From: Phoronis australis
Lineage: Eukaryota; Animalia; Phoronida
Length of the DNA: 37,499 nt
Assembly: GCA_002633005.1 (NCBI GenBank)
Contig: NMRA01000405.1
Coordinates: forward strand, 378,504 to 416,002
Direction of reading: 5' to 3'
Shown here: one piece after another, positions 22,476 through 35,654 of the stretch
Layout: every line of letters starts with the position of its first letter
How positions within the stretch are numbered: position 1 is the stretch's first letter
Notes under the pieces: generated by a model
Told to the model about the DNA's origin: nothing
What the model saw: only the letters and a program-made list of their open reading frames with translations
Databases searched by the model: none
Made by a program: the position numbers and the translations under genes

Positions 22476-25400
22476 TGGATATGTTGAATAACTTTGGTGG
22501 TAATAATGTCAATAGTTTTGTTCATTTGCTTTGTGATAAAAATGATGATATTGGGTCTGGTGTTCTCTGAAGTCCTCTCCCTATTATGATGGTGATTCAT
22601 TTAGAGCTTTTGCTCTTAAACACAAAGATGACTTTTGAATGTTATCTTTAAACATATACAAAGTATACGAGCTAAGTTTGATAGCCTGTTCCTGTTTCTC
22701 CGTCAACCGTCCCAGTTGAATTTTTACTTTAGTGTAATTTGTCTGCAGGAAACTTGGCTTGATGATGATGCTGACCTCTCATTGTTTCAAATTGATAATT
22801 ACTCTTGTGTTTCCCTGGGTACGAAATGTTGTGGCCATGGTGGCCTTATTATTTACATCCACAATTCATTGGAGTTTAAAACCTCCAAAATTAATAGTGA
22901 TTCTACAGTTTTTGAGTCACTATTTGTGACCTTAGTTGGGATCATTCATAGGAAAAATGTTATTGTTGGCAATATTTATAAACCTCCCAAAGAAAATAAC
23001 AATTTAAAAATACGGACATTTCTAGATGATTTTAATCCATTGGATAAATAAACTTGGGCAAACCAACTCTCATGTCATGTTGGCAGGTGATTTTGATATC
23101 AATATCTTAAAAGTGGATGAGAGGCCCTTGTCTGGAGAATTCTACAACACTGTGTCATCAAATGGTTTTTCTCCAACGACTACCTTTCTCACTCGTTTCT
23201 CTGAGTTTTCTGCTTCACTTATTGACAACATTTCCTACAAATTTAATAGCTGTTCTAACATTGATCCAGTTTCTGGGATATATTTTTTTTCTAATATCTC
23301 TGATCATTTACCTATTTTCTCTTGTTTTAAGAGAACATTAAAAAAGGCGAGAGCCCCCAAATTTGCTTACAGAAATGTCATTAATGACGATTGTTTGAAA
23401 AGGGTGTATGATGAATTTTCGTCATACAATGTACTTTCTCACATGGATACAAATTTGAATGGTGATCCCAATATGAATTATAATTTACTTCAGGACTCTG
23501 TTCTTGCTTGTTTAAATAAGTTCAATACAGTGAGAAAAGTAAGATTCAATAAATATAAGCATAAAAAGAATATTTGGATCTCCCAAGGTATTTTAAACTC
23601 TCTTAGGTTTAGAGACAGGCTTTATAAACGACTCAAGTCAACCCCTCAAAGCGCTGTTAATGTTGTCTCATTAAAAACAAACCTAATAACCTATACCCGG
23701 TAACATTATTTTAAAAAAAGTTTTGAAAAGGGCTAAGAGACTTTATTATCACAATCAGTTTCGGGCACATGTTGGTTCTTCCATGGACACTTGGAAAGAA
23801 ATTAATTTAATGAATAGAAATGCCTTGTCGAATAATTCTACTAGATTGATGATAATTGATGAAATGGTTTGTCACGAGGGTGAGATTGTTAATCATTTTA
23901 ATAATTGTTTTAGTAATATTGCCTCACACTCCCTACCTACTCATTCTTCAAGTAGGTCGCATGTCTTTTTTAGATCGTGACTCTGCTGCTACATGCAGAT
24001 TTGATTTTGAACCAATCTCTCCAATTGATATTAGAAAAGTGATTAATTCTTTTCCAGCTAAACCTACTTGTGGTCATGATGGCATATCTACGAAAATAAT
24101 AAAATATCTAAATAATCTATTGATTGAACCATTGTGTGTTGTGTTTAACCAGTCCATTTTCAACCAATTTTTTCCAGACAACATGAAAATTGCCAAGGTT
24201 ATTCCTGTATTTAAAAAAGGGCAACCGTTGTTTTTAGATAATTACAGGCCAATCTCTGTTCTTCCTTGCTTTTCTAAGATTTTTGAAAAACTTATTTATA
24301 ATCAACTTTACAAATATTTTCAATCTAATGGCTTAATACATCCTGCCCAATATGATTTTCGTGGGGGGGGCACTCAACAGAACTGGCTTTAGTTGAAATT
24401 ATGGATAGAATTGTCAATGCTAAGGAAAAGAATAAATTACCCCTGGCCATTCTAATTGATCTTTCCAAAGCTTTTGACTCTTTAAGTCATTCAATTTTGC
24501 TTGACAAACTTCTATATTATGGTTGTAACCCCTTGTCTTTAAGTTTCTTGAGAAAATATTTCTCTAATAGGGCTCAGTATGTTCAAATTAACGACACAAA
24601 ATCTAACACAGTTCCAATTCTACGAGGTGTCCCACAGGGGTCTATATTGGGTCCGTTATTATTCAACATTTATATGAATGATTTTGTGAAGTGCACAAGT
24701 TTGTTTGACTGCATATTTTATGCTGATAATACTACTATTATTAATGGTATTCATAGCACGTTGTCTGTTAATGAGTCACGGATATTTTGTGCGGAGCTGG
24801 AAAAAAATCAGTCTTGGTTAAATGTAAATGGACTGATTTAAATGCAACTAGAAAAAATAATGTTTTTTCATAAACCCCCAAAATGTATTGATGATTTTTA
24901 TTTAAAGATTAATAATTTGGAAATTGAAAGATTTCGTTCTTTCAATTTACTTGGTGTTACCATCAATGAAAACTTGTTACGGAGTCCACAAATAAACAAT
25001 TTGTTGAGAAAGATAAGCAGATTATGTGGTGTTCTTAATAACATAAAACATTTCTTGCCGTTTAAAACTTTGAAAACTACATATAATGGCCTTGTCTTTC
25101 CTCATTTTAATTATGGCACGCTGCTATGGGGGTGTGAACATCATCGAATATTCAAATTACAGAAAAAGTTTCTTCGCAATATTACCTCTATGTATTTTAA
25201 TGCACATACAGATCCTTTGTTTAAGACTGCACAGATACTCAAAATAAAGGACTTGTATGTTGTTGCTATTATTAAATTTTTCTACAAATATGTTCATAAT
25301 TACTTACCTTCATTTTTAACACGTTCAACTTAATAACTCGTGGGTCTGTTCATGAACATTACACTAGGCAACGACATCTTTTACATACTCCTCGTTGTAC

Positions 25401-25592
25401 TAAATCATTTGCTGAAGATTCAGTTCGGAATGCCCTACCTCATATCATCAGTAACGTTCCTGAAAGTGTTTCCCAAAAATTTTTTACTCATTCGTTATCC
25501 TCTGTTATAAATTATTTTAAGAATTTTTCTTTTGAAAATTATGAACTTGAGTGAACTATTCCCAACTGCTTTGTGTGTAACTATTTCCGATA
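22476..25592 (+). pseudogene. LINE ORF2 (APE endonuclease + reverse transcriptase), multiple frameshifts
   Basis: ICLQETWL, GDFDIN, SDHLPIF; NYRPISVLP, DLSKAFD, GVPQGSILGPLLF, YADN (catalytic D->N), NAHTDPLFK. Confidence 0.92.
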
Positions 25593-25792
25593 ATCTCTCC
25601 CAGTCTTTACACAAGTAGTTTTAAAGTACATTATCACCTAATTTTTATAATTCTGATTATCTGTAACGCTGTATTTTTTTCTTATTCTCTGGTGGCTCCG
25701 TGGTCAGCGGACCCTTCGGGTCCTTCACGGAGTCTCCATAAGCCTAAAACTGTATCAACTGTATTTTTTGACTTAAAGTGAATAAAGTGTAT

Positions 25793-25829
<37 letters not shown>

Positions 25830-25839
25830 ACTACTACTA

Positions 25840-27860
25840 AGTATTTAACTGGTTTAATGCTCACAGCTGGAATGGCCTCTGATCCTATCTTGAACGTATG
25901 GTGTGGGTTGATTTTTCCCTTCACAGTCACAAGACTACGGGACTTCTCCACCTTGAAACTCATGCGTGCCCAATTAGCTAGCTCGCCCAGTGTCTTGACA
26001 ACCCAAGCGGCACCTGCAGAAACCCCTGTTGTAATCGTCAAATCATCCACAAATGCTCTGCAAGTGGCATCCTTTTACATTAAAACAAAGGTCATCTGCA
26101 CTCTTTACTGGCCCTCTTGATGATAAAATTCATATCCATGATAAAGAGAATGATCGATATGATGCACCCTGTCATTATCCCGTTCTCAAGTGGCTGCCAA
26201 CCTGTAGTAAAGTCGTTGACTGTGAACCTCATGTAAGTCCCATGGAAGTAACTTGTAATTAGATCTCGAAGTTCTCTAGGAATATGGTAGGTCTCCATTG
26301 CCAATTCAGTTAATGCATGGAGCATCGATCCATAGGCATATGCCATGTCCAACCATACCACTGCTAAGTCTGTCTTGTTTCGCTTAGCATCTTTGATGAG
26401 CTCTGTCATGGCGCTATTATGTTCCAGACAACCTACATATCCAGGAATTCCACCCTTCTGTACCGATTCATCCACAAACTTGTTGCTCAGGAGATAACTC
26501 GTCAGCCTTCTTGAAATGACTGCAAAAAGATCTTTCCCTCTACATCTAAAAGCGAGGTGGGACGAAAATCACCAATCCTGATGGCTTCCTTCACCTTCGG
26601 GATATACACCCCGTCTGCTTTACCTCACGCATCCGTCAAAGTCTTCTGTCTCAATATAACTGTCAGAAGTTTCCACAGACGTTTCAATATCCTTGGACAC
26701 TTCTTATAAACTTTATAAGGCAAACCCGACGGCCCTGGCACTGACCCTGATCTTGACTTTTCTACGACATTCTTCACCCCTGAGAACTTGATGTCATCCA
26801 TTTCCAAGGCTACACTAGGTGCATCCTCAACATGCAGCCAAGCAAAGTCCGCCAACTGTACATCCTGGCCACGACACTGTGCACGTCCTTCAGATGGTTT
26901 TCCAGCTCCTCCTGTGTACACTTTAGACGTCCACTAGTCTCCTTCCCTAGAATACCCTATTACAAATTTGAAAGGATTAATCATGAACTTCGCTCTTGTG
27001 CGAGTACGCTCGGCTCTCTTCATCCTCAGACGTTCAGCTTTGCTAAATCTCAAAAGCCTATACCTTAACTCGAAACAAAGCTGTGCCAAATCTTCTTTCT
27101 CCTGTTCGACAGTCTTCTCCCACAACTTCTTCAGATGCCGCAATTCCTGCCTGATTTTAGAAATCTCTATCTGCCTTCTGCTTGGGCCCGATTGTTCTCT
27201 GGGTTTTCTCCTCTCCTCTCCTATTCCCCAAATCTCTCTTTACAGATAGAGTAAACCAACTAAGTCGTGGTTCCCATCTTCTTCTGAGCAGAACCCACCA
27301 GCGTCACCTCAAGGGTAGAGTCGATATTCTCATCTAGTTGTTTCCATTCCTTCTCCGCTGCACCTTTTGGCCACTTCAGTTTCTTCTTGCGTGGAAAATC
27401 GCGGACAGCTCTGGTTGGTTCCTGGGACCGATGGTGTGGATCCTAGCAGCTGCGAAATAGACTGTAGGGTGAGCTCAGCATTCTGCTCTCTGTTTTCCAA
27501 CGAAAACATCGCCAGTGGTTACAGCTGACATCTCTACTATTGAAGATTGAGTCTGTGTTTGGGCCAAAGCATAAGTCGCACCAAGCTCCTCCTCTTCACT
27601 GGCATTGAATACAGTAGCTCTGTGGTTTCCTCGCCGGCTATTACCTTGATTCATCTGACTAGAAGTACTTGCTGCACCATCTTAGCGCTGCCGTTGAAGA
27701 CATTTCATCTTCCCCTGATGTATTCTGACACCTCATGCATTCTTGCATACTTTGCCACAAACACAAACTCTCGTGTTGTCGATATTCAATCTCATTGCTC
27801 TTGTTCGTTGCCGTGTCTTCATCGTCGTAATCCAGCCATTGGGTCCTAGTATACACCTCT
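25840..27860 (-). mobile_element. Hero-clade non-LTR retrotransposon, 5' half
   Basis: N-terminal CVCGKVCKNA*GVRIHQGKMKC zinc finger (~27700-27770); PGPSGLPYKVYKKCP, QKGGIPGYVGCLEH, WLDMAYAYGS, GIMTGCIIS, MDDLTIT RT motifs. Confidence 0.9.
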
Positions 27861-28415
27861 AAAAAGAGAGAGAGAATTTTGAGTGATGAAATATCCTTAC
27901 ATTCCTATTAGATTTTGCATTTGTGACCATCTATTTGTAAACTTTACTATTTCTAAATTTTTTGAATAAACGTAATTTTCACAGGAGTAATGTATTTCAA
28001 TTTCTTTTGTCAAAATATAACTAAATTTGGAGGTTTACCATTGGAACTTGCAAAGACACAAGATTTAATTTTTAATTGGTTGGCTTCTACACCTGTTTTC
28101 AAAGAAAACTGTAAGTACATTTGTACCCAGGGAAATATTATTTTCTAACCCAAATCAAGTTTGCTTCCTAGACGGAAGGCGGATTTTTAGATGCTTTAAG
28201 CGCTGTCGCTTCTCCTGCGTGTGAAAAGCACATATTTAGTGTTCTCGCGTTTGTTCACTAACAAAAACCTACGACTTGCTGCGATTATCTCTTCCAGGCT
28301 TTCCTACTATATTTCAACTACATGTTATAAAACAAGCAGTGGTGTAGCTACCGTACATGTAAGGCGAGAGAGCCGACAATCCCAGGCGGCAATGACCCCC
28401 GTATGGTGGAAACGT

Positions 28416-29251
28416 GGATTGTTCTAAAACCACCTCAACCCCCACACCCTATGTCCCCCTCAACCCACAACCCCACGACCCACGACCCAAAACACCCTCG
28501 ACCCACGACCTGTGCCAATAGATGTATCTTGGCGCGTTTTACTCATTTATTAATCATGACGTCGCTGAATGACTTTCCCATACGTATTACCTACACGCGA
28601 ATCTGCTCTGGCTCAAGGCTGAGGGTTAAAAACACAAAGTGACGTAAGAACGTCATTTGAAATAGTGGATTGTGCGCATGCTTATGTTGTCACGGCCATT
28701 AGTTCCACGATCGGCTACCAATGGCCCCGTTCTGTTAAACTTAGGAAAAGAGTTCGTTAACGTAAATTCACATTTTTATTATTTGCTTTCTGTTGCTTTC
28801 TCGTTACAGTATACTTCTTATGTTACGTTGAGATACTTTTTAGTTAACAGTTTGTTATTTTAAACTGTTTTTGCTGAAGAAACTAAATATTCGTCGGTTC
28901 CTCACACTCTCCCAGAAAGCTTAAATCTGTCAATCACTGAAGAGCAGAAGAGACGATTACACTTTGCCGGGAGCGACATTGTAACGTTGACAGGTCTTTG
29001 ATTTGATTTGGCCGCGTTGTTTTTTTCCGTCTGTTTTTGGCTTTCAAACTTGCCGAATAAACTCTTATGAAAAAAACAGGGAAAAGCCAGCCGAGCCCAC
29101 GGCCCGACTCCTTGGTCCTCCAAGTCATCGCATAAGTTCTACTTTCAGATCCAGTCGAGCTTGTGTAGACTAGGTTGAGGGGGTTTTGGGTCGAGGATCG
29201 TGGGGTCGTGTGGTGTTGGGTCATGGGGTTCGAGTGAGTTTAGAACAACTC
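28416..29251. mobile_element. Non-autonomous Mutator-like (MULE) element with repeat-rich TIRs
   Basis: TIRs GGATTGTTCTAAA / TTTAGAACAACTC followed by ~80 bp of mirrored (C)CACGACC-type subrepeats; 9-bp TSD TGGAAACGT (28407-28415) / TGGAAATGT (29252-29260). Confidence 0.75.
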
Positions 29252-29904
29252 TGGAAATGTTCTCTGGTGTTACATGAATAGTCCCAAAGAAATTTGGGGG
29301 CTCTCGTATCTTCTCTGTCTCCACATTGTCCAAAATTGTGGCTATCAGGACGAGCTACATTACAAGCAGAAAGTATATTTTGATCGTGAGTGTAGCCGCA
29401 ATAAAAGCATTGTTATCTTTTGGAACTTTCACCGTAGCCGACTTAGCTATTACGTGGGCTGATTATGCGCAGATTCATCGGCATTAACAAGTGTATACGC
29501 TTTATGAAACACTAAACTGTTCCTTTCTCAAAGTCTTAGTCGAGAACAAAATCACTGCGTCTCTTGGGTGTAGTTTCTTGCCCGTATCAGACTGCATAAT
29601 TTAGCAAAAAATCCTCTAAGGACAAACCACATTGTTGAAATTGATACTGACATAAACAAACTCTTCACTTTGATCAAATCTTTTCCAACAGTTTTCAAGC
29701 TTCCGTTTTCATCCACACCCAATCCTCAAATGTTAAACACTTCTAAATGTAGTCCCCGTTTGCCTGCCCATAATAGAAGTCAACATTAGCATTTCACCTC
29801 CTGGGTTAATATCGTGGGTCTGTGAACAACAAGTAACACTGTTGTTGCCAAATACATCTGTTACACAACTCCAGGTAAGGAACATACACACCCTTGCATT
29901 CTGC

Positions 29905-30055
29905 CTCCCGTTCATTAACGCTAGGACCTCGCTAAAAAGCAAGACTTCACGAGATTACGTGAGATATTGCCGTGTATTTTAAATGAGAGCACGTGTCATT
30001 GACTAGGTTTTAGCTAGGTCCTAGCGTAGGTCCTAGCGTCTACTGAACGCACGCC
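29905..30055. mobile_element. Small MITE-like inverted repeat
   Basis: CGTTCATTAACGCTAGGACC vs GGTCCTAGCGTCTACTGAACG, with a duplicated TAGGTCCTAGCG. Confidence 0.45.
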
Positions 30056-30369
30056 TGGTATTAGCTTGCGAAAGTTTGCTGTGTAATTTTCCGCTTGTCT
30101 GCTTTACGGAGCTGTAGTTATCGAATGAAGTCAACTTCATCACTTCACTTTCGTTTAGTTGAATACGTTCAAAAGTAAACGGGACTCTTGAAGCGCGGTT
30201 CCATACAATGAGTTTCTTATTGGCAAAATTAATCAAAAAACGAAAATTATACCAGTCATTCTTTATACATGTACATGTAGATGTACATGTACGTACTGAC
30301 CCATGGTCTTGGCTGGATGCCGGGAATAGTCTGACCTCTGATATTCTTTCAGGTCCAGTTTTAGAGCCA

Positions 30370-32465
30370 CATTCGACAACCTACCAAACTACATGTTAGG
30401 AGTTTTTCAACAAGAAAATCTGGATGTTAAAATTAGTTTACAGCACGTTACGTATAGAAGTGACATTTGTCTTCTTAGTCGGTTTGTTCAGCAATTATAA
30501 ATGAAAAGTGTAGGCCCTACTAACAAGTGTGTTTGTGTAACTTTCGAAAATTACTCGTGTATTTATTTGCATAGCCAAGTATGTGCGTGCGTGAAAATAA
30601 ATTCATGTACATATTATTACTGTTTTCTGTTGTTTATACAATAATTCATTTGTGCAATGTCTACCCGTTGTCCATATAATTTTTGTTAATTCGATTTAAG
30701 AGCAGTAAAGCTATTTTAGTATTTACCTATACCTGCAAAATAAAACTAAAAATTCAAAACAAGAAGATTACCTCATTAAAGAATCCAATCAAATATTTCG
30801 TGTTACCGACAGCGTACATTGTACTTGTGCCAGTTGTCTCATTTTTTGAAAACTTTCTGCCATCCCACCACACCCTCAAAATGTCCCGCTTTTTGATAAA
30901 CGGCGACATCGACATATTATCAGTGCCCAACGCGACATAGCCCTACTTTCCCGTGTGACTAAAAGAAACGCGTGGCACCCGCAGTTTCCCAACAGAAAAA
31001 AAAAAACAAAAAACGCTGCCGGGCGGTTTTGGTTGTTACGTCTTCCTTTAGACAAAAACGTCGTTAGAACGATTCTGTGTAGCGGCGAACATTTAATCTT
31101 TGCGTTTTGGCATAGACCATGTTCCGATTTTATCCAGATGCCCCGCTTTTTGTACGGATGTCTTGCTTTTCAATCCAGTTGCCCTGTTTTCATTCTCGAA
31201 TGTTGACATCAGGTGTTCAACTTGCATTGCCTGTTTGTGATGAATATCGTCAATTTCCACAGCCCACTTCTTTTTGTGATGTAACTACAGTAAAAATGTA
31301 TACCAATGTTTCCTGTATCAGAGACACTAATTTTTATTTTTTGAAGAAATGAGTTTACTTCTCAAGTTCTGAGTACAGCACTACAACCGATGCATTGAGC
31401 TACATGAACAGTGAGTATATTTAATTCAACGCGTGCCCCTTTTCATCTATCAGAAAACTGTTATCCGCAACTTTCGGATAGCTAGATGGAGTAATTAGTT
31501 TATCACGCTTTTTGTAAATGTCACTGCATTCTGAGTTTTTACTGAAAACTGTAATTGTGTCAAGCGGCACTAAAAGTCCAACTTTACTAAATTCTAAGCA
31601 ACAACTGTGAGGGATCCATCTCTAAACTATGCAGAATGCAGGTGGTCTGATGCCATTTGGGATCCATCAGACGTGCACAGGCCTCATGGTTGGGCTCATT
31701 GCACTTGAGCTAAAACAAGAGAGCCCCGTTATGGATCTTCGTAAAGGAAGTTTTCAAGTCAGCCTGTCTGCTTTAAGAAAACGGGCAGACTTTTCTTTTG
31801 TTGCTTGAAGCTGCTGTGTCCTGAGTGTGGAACTGACGTTGAAACCCCTAAACATCTGGTAGAGTCTTGCCCACCTTTTTGTAGGCTACGGAGCAGCCTA
31901 CTAGATGGCACCTATTATAATACGCTGATGCAAGAATTTTTTCAAAAAGACACTTTTGTATGTTACTTTACGGAAAGAAGTTACATTTGGCCTAAATAAC
32001 TTTCGAAAAATTGCTTATAATTGCTTAGCTAAGTGCGTGTGCGCGCGTTTGTGCATTCGTGTGTGTATGTGTGTGTTAGTTTTCGTGCGTGTGTATGCGT
32101 GTGTTATTACTGTTTTCAATTGTTTCTATAATAATTCATTTGTGTAACGTTTGCCTGTTCACCAGATGCCGTTTCTTTTTGGTTAATTCGATTTCTGAGA
32201 AGTAGGTCGACTATAGTATTTACCTAATACCCGTAAAATAAAATTATATAACATGAAAATTTCACCTCCTAAAAGAACCCAATCCAGTACTTCGTATTGC
32301 AGACAGCGTATAGTGTATTTGCCAATTGCCCCGCTCTTGGCGGACTGTCTCACTTATTGAATTTTTTCACCAACCCGCCAAGCCATCTGAATGTCCTGCT
32401 TTTTAACACACTGTCAAAGTGACATTTTATGATATATTATTGTAATTTCCGACACCACATAGCTT
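30370..32465. repeat. Diverged direct repeat, ~570 bp x2 (~30370-30945 and ~31900-32465)
   Basis: Collinear shared blocks TAACTTTCGAAAA (30538/31997), TTATTACTGTTTT (30614/32104), ATAATTCATTTGTG, GTTAATTCGATTT (30685/32182), TAGTATTTACCTA, GACAGCGTA. Confidence 0.8.
31805..31960 (+). mobile_element. LINE ORF2 C-terminal zinc-knuckle remnant
   Basis: CPECGTDVETPKHLVESCPPFCRLR fits the CxxC-ETxxH-xxxxCP-R motif. Confidence 0.5.
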
Positions 32466-33359
32466 ATTACAGATGTCTGGCCAATATTATGAGTCACCAC
32501 TCGTAAGCAAATCAAAGCTGTCCTTACTCGTTGCCTTATCTCGCACTACCTCAATGGACTAGTTTTCAGTTCGCAATGCAACAATATAATTGTCATAAAT
32601 TCGACTTGTAATGACCCCTTTCAATTTTAAACCATGCCCGAAGTACTATTTAACAAATTATTGTTAGGTACAACGAGGTTTTTTTCTCTGAAGTGGATCG
32701 TAAACACCTCAGGTGAGTTTTCCGCACATAGCTACTCTGGTTTAGAGCTGAATTTTAGCTCCCATACTATGGGACGGGCCAGTCATGGGCCAATTCCTGT
32801 TGTACATGTACGCACTACTTAGAAATTGGAATCAAACTGTTATATACAGAGAAAACGTATATTAGTGTACTGGTGTGAATATTATCAGTGATTTAACCAA
32901 AAACTCTGAATTAGCTAGAACCACTAATGATAGTCTATGATGATAAACTGATATCAAAAGGTCAAAATTGGCAATTTTTGGCCACCCCATGTTAAATACA
33001 TGTACAAAATTTTGTCTAATTTTCTTCAAACTCCTACTTTTCAATCTTGATTATACTGACATCTGTTGGGTCTATCGGCAACTAACCGCACATGAAAGGC
33101 TTGGTCGAAAATTATCTCACATGCACTTTCGGGTTTTTAGCGGCGATTCCACTGATCGAAGCAACAAAATAAGCAAAAACTTTGGCCATACCATGTTAAA
33201 TATAATTTTTTTTTCCAATTTTGCTGAAACTTGGCCACGTTTTTAACAAAAAAAATTTATGTTATGTGCTATCGGGCAAATGTGATTGATTCATAAAATA
33301 AGACCCTCACGCTGTGTTTTCTGCGAATCCCATGTATCCTGAAGGGGGCTAACTGAGTG

Positions 33360-33962
33360 ATTTTTGCGCATGCGCAGTTCACGGTTTCAATATTGCTGCA
33401 AATCATCTGTTTTTTGACATCTGCTCCTATTTCAAACAAACCACCCTAAGGATGATTGTGGAAATTGGCATGTATCTTCCTAATGTAGTGAACTGACGCT
33501 ACCTCTTGTGTTAGGTTTGATTCGTGGTATTTTCCATCACCTAGTGGCCCTTTTCACTGTTTTCGAGTTTTGTTATTTGACGTCTGCACCTCTGGCAACC
33601 AAACCACTCAGAGGATGGTTGTGGAAAATGGTATGTATGTTTCTAATGTAAAGAGGAAGTCTGACGTTGATTTTCCGATGATTTCATGTACTGTGGCGCC
33701 TCTTAGTCGCAGTCACGTTTTTTGCACCTACAGCGCCTCCTAGTGGCAGTTTCATTTTTTGTTTTCCTCGGTTTGAAGTTCCTTGACAGAGTTTTATGAA
33801 ATTTGGGAGATAGCTTTGATGACACATATCAGTTTTGGATGGATTCGACGCGTTTCGCGTCATATAGTGGCCATTTTTATGTTCCAAAATAAACACCCCT
33901 TGAAGTACACTGTTTGCGGTGCATTCGTGGGAGCATTTAAATGCTTCGCGTTGCTTTTGTTT
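33360..33962. mobile_element. Possible Helentron/DINE-1-like non-autonomous element with ~163-bp internal repeats
   Basis: AAACCAC...GGATG.TTGTGGAAA.TGG.ATGTAT..TC.TAATGTA repeated at 33438 and 33601; CTAGTGGC at 33541 and 33740; terminal palindrome GCATTTAAATGC before a T-rich end. Confidence 0.4.
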
Positions 33963-33985
33963 GAGTAGTTTTTATTTAAAATTAA

Positions 33986-35654
33986 AGGACAATGCCACCC
34001 GATTTAATTAGTCTTTTTTGCCGTCTCAATCGGTCTATATCCATATCACCTCGCATACGGTCGACATTACCTTGCCAAGAGGTCTCGCGTTAACCTGTGA
34101 GGAAGGTGAAAAAAGACACTAGCGACGTCAGTGGTTCATATGCATAGTGAATGCCGCTACGTTGCGGTGCATCGTTCCCGCTTGTCCGAGCGAAGCAGCT
34201 GCGAGGAAAGCGGGTATATCGTTTTTTTTTACTCCGTCGAGAGTCCGAAATGCTTAGGAAGTGGCTCATGGTAGTAAAGAATGAAATGTACGCTGTAAAT
34301 AGCAAGTATGAGAACGTGAAACATCTCCGTGTCTGTGTCCTGCAGTCGACAGTGCCTGACGAATGCCGGCTTACCAAATAAATCCATACGTTCCGTTGTC
34401 TGAGCTTGTTCACGGCGCCTCTCTAGTATTTCTTCATCACTGTATTCCTGTTCGAATTGATAGCCTGTAAAACTTATCGATCCATATGCGAAGTCGGACT
34501 GATGAGCTCTAGGTTGTCCTGAGTCGGGATTGGGAGTTGCCATGTTGGCCCTTATTACTGCGCGCTCTGTTTCAAAATGAATTATTCTCACCCTAACAAC
34601 TGAAACAAAGTCTGTCTCATTAGATGCAATTTGTAATGCCTTTGGAGTGTTCGTGAGTGCAAATGATTTGAGAAGACAGCAATGAATAAATCATTGCGTT
34701 ACCGGCTTTACAGTAGGTGCAATAAAACTAATTGACGGGACACCGAGGCCGTGTGAGCTCATGCTAATTTAGTGTTAGCTGGCAGAAACTGTTGTGAAAC
34801 AACTCGATTTCCATCCCACAGCCAGGTGTTAGGGTAATCTTTATTTACGTTTACATTACTCAAATAATGATTGTCAATGTACAACTTTTGCCCTGACTGT
34901 GCTGTGGCCAAAGCGGAGCCCGAGTGAATTCGCGGCCCCGACGAGTAAGTAGATTTGCAGTTTCGTGGCTAATTCACCAACATAATCACGTGCACATTAC
35001 TTTGGCTCACTAGTATAGTATTTTCTTGACTCGAAGTTTAGTTTCCACAAAAGTTTGGCTGGTTTATGTTCGTGATGTCTGATCAGTTTCCGAGCCACTG
35101 GCCCGGATAACTCAAGTCAATCCTGCCGGCCGCGACGGGCCTGATCGGGCTCCGAGCCACTGGCCAAGATAACAAGTGTTTTGTGTTTAGAACTCAAAAA
35201 TCACAAGTCTAATCAACACAGATTTAGGTCCCCCTGTCTGTATCTCACGGAAAATACTTCAAAATTATCTCCGAACAGACCCCAAACTCCTGCTACGGAT
35301 CTTATTAGCCTGCCGAACTTTGTAGGCTACAGTGTGTCCAAGTACCAATAAATCCGTAAGAGCGAAATAAAACAACACGTTTTTATAAGAACTCGGTGTA
35401 CTTTTAAGGGTTTTACATCGAAGTTTGATGATTTATTGGTGTTAAACGATGACTTCAAGCGATAAGCTGACACCAATAACCTGTATTGTGAACTGCTGAA
35501 CAGACTGCGTGTGAAACCGATGACGTGATTGGATAATTTCAACACCTCCGTCTGCCGTCAGGTGTCAGGTAACGCAACCGTACGTGTCGTTATGGAGTAG
35601 AACTACTCGATCTAAATTGATACAAATTAGGTTGTTTTTGGGTGGCATGCTCCT
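33986..35654. mobile_element. Non-autonomous Kolobok DNA transposon
   Basis: TTAA TSD at 33982-33985 and 35655-35658; TIRs AGGACAATGCCACCC / AGGAGCATGCCACCC (13/15) beginning RR. Confidence 0.8.
34300..34543 (-). pseudogene. N-terminal remnant of a Kolobok accessory gene (P2X7-ballast/nanor-like)
   Basis: GCCAACATGGC start; GYQFEQEYSDEE...R and HCRLQDTDTE resemble the PYxFEP...WCxCxxCxxMxTxxE pattern; lies inside the Kolobok TIRs. Confidence 0.5.

Larger units (their letters stand above)
21118..25839 (+). mobile_element. Full-length L2/CR1-group (Crack-like) LINE inserted into the Hero element
   Basis: 5' GATCACTTCCGG, ORF1, APE-RT ORF2, 3' hairpin, AATAAA and (CTA)n(CTG)n(CTA)n tail; the flanks rejoin as Hero KPVKYL|GKSY. 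Confidence 0.92.

Noticed and set aside
32612-33352. piggyBac-like element (CCCCTTTCA...TGAAGGGGG ends)
   Set aside because: TIR is only ~9 bp and neither flank is an intact TTAA.
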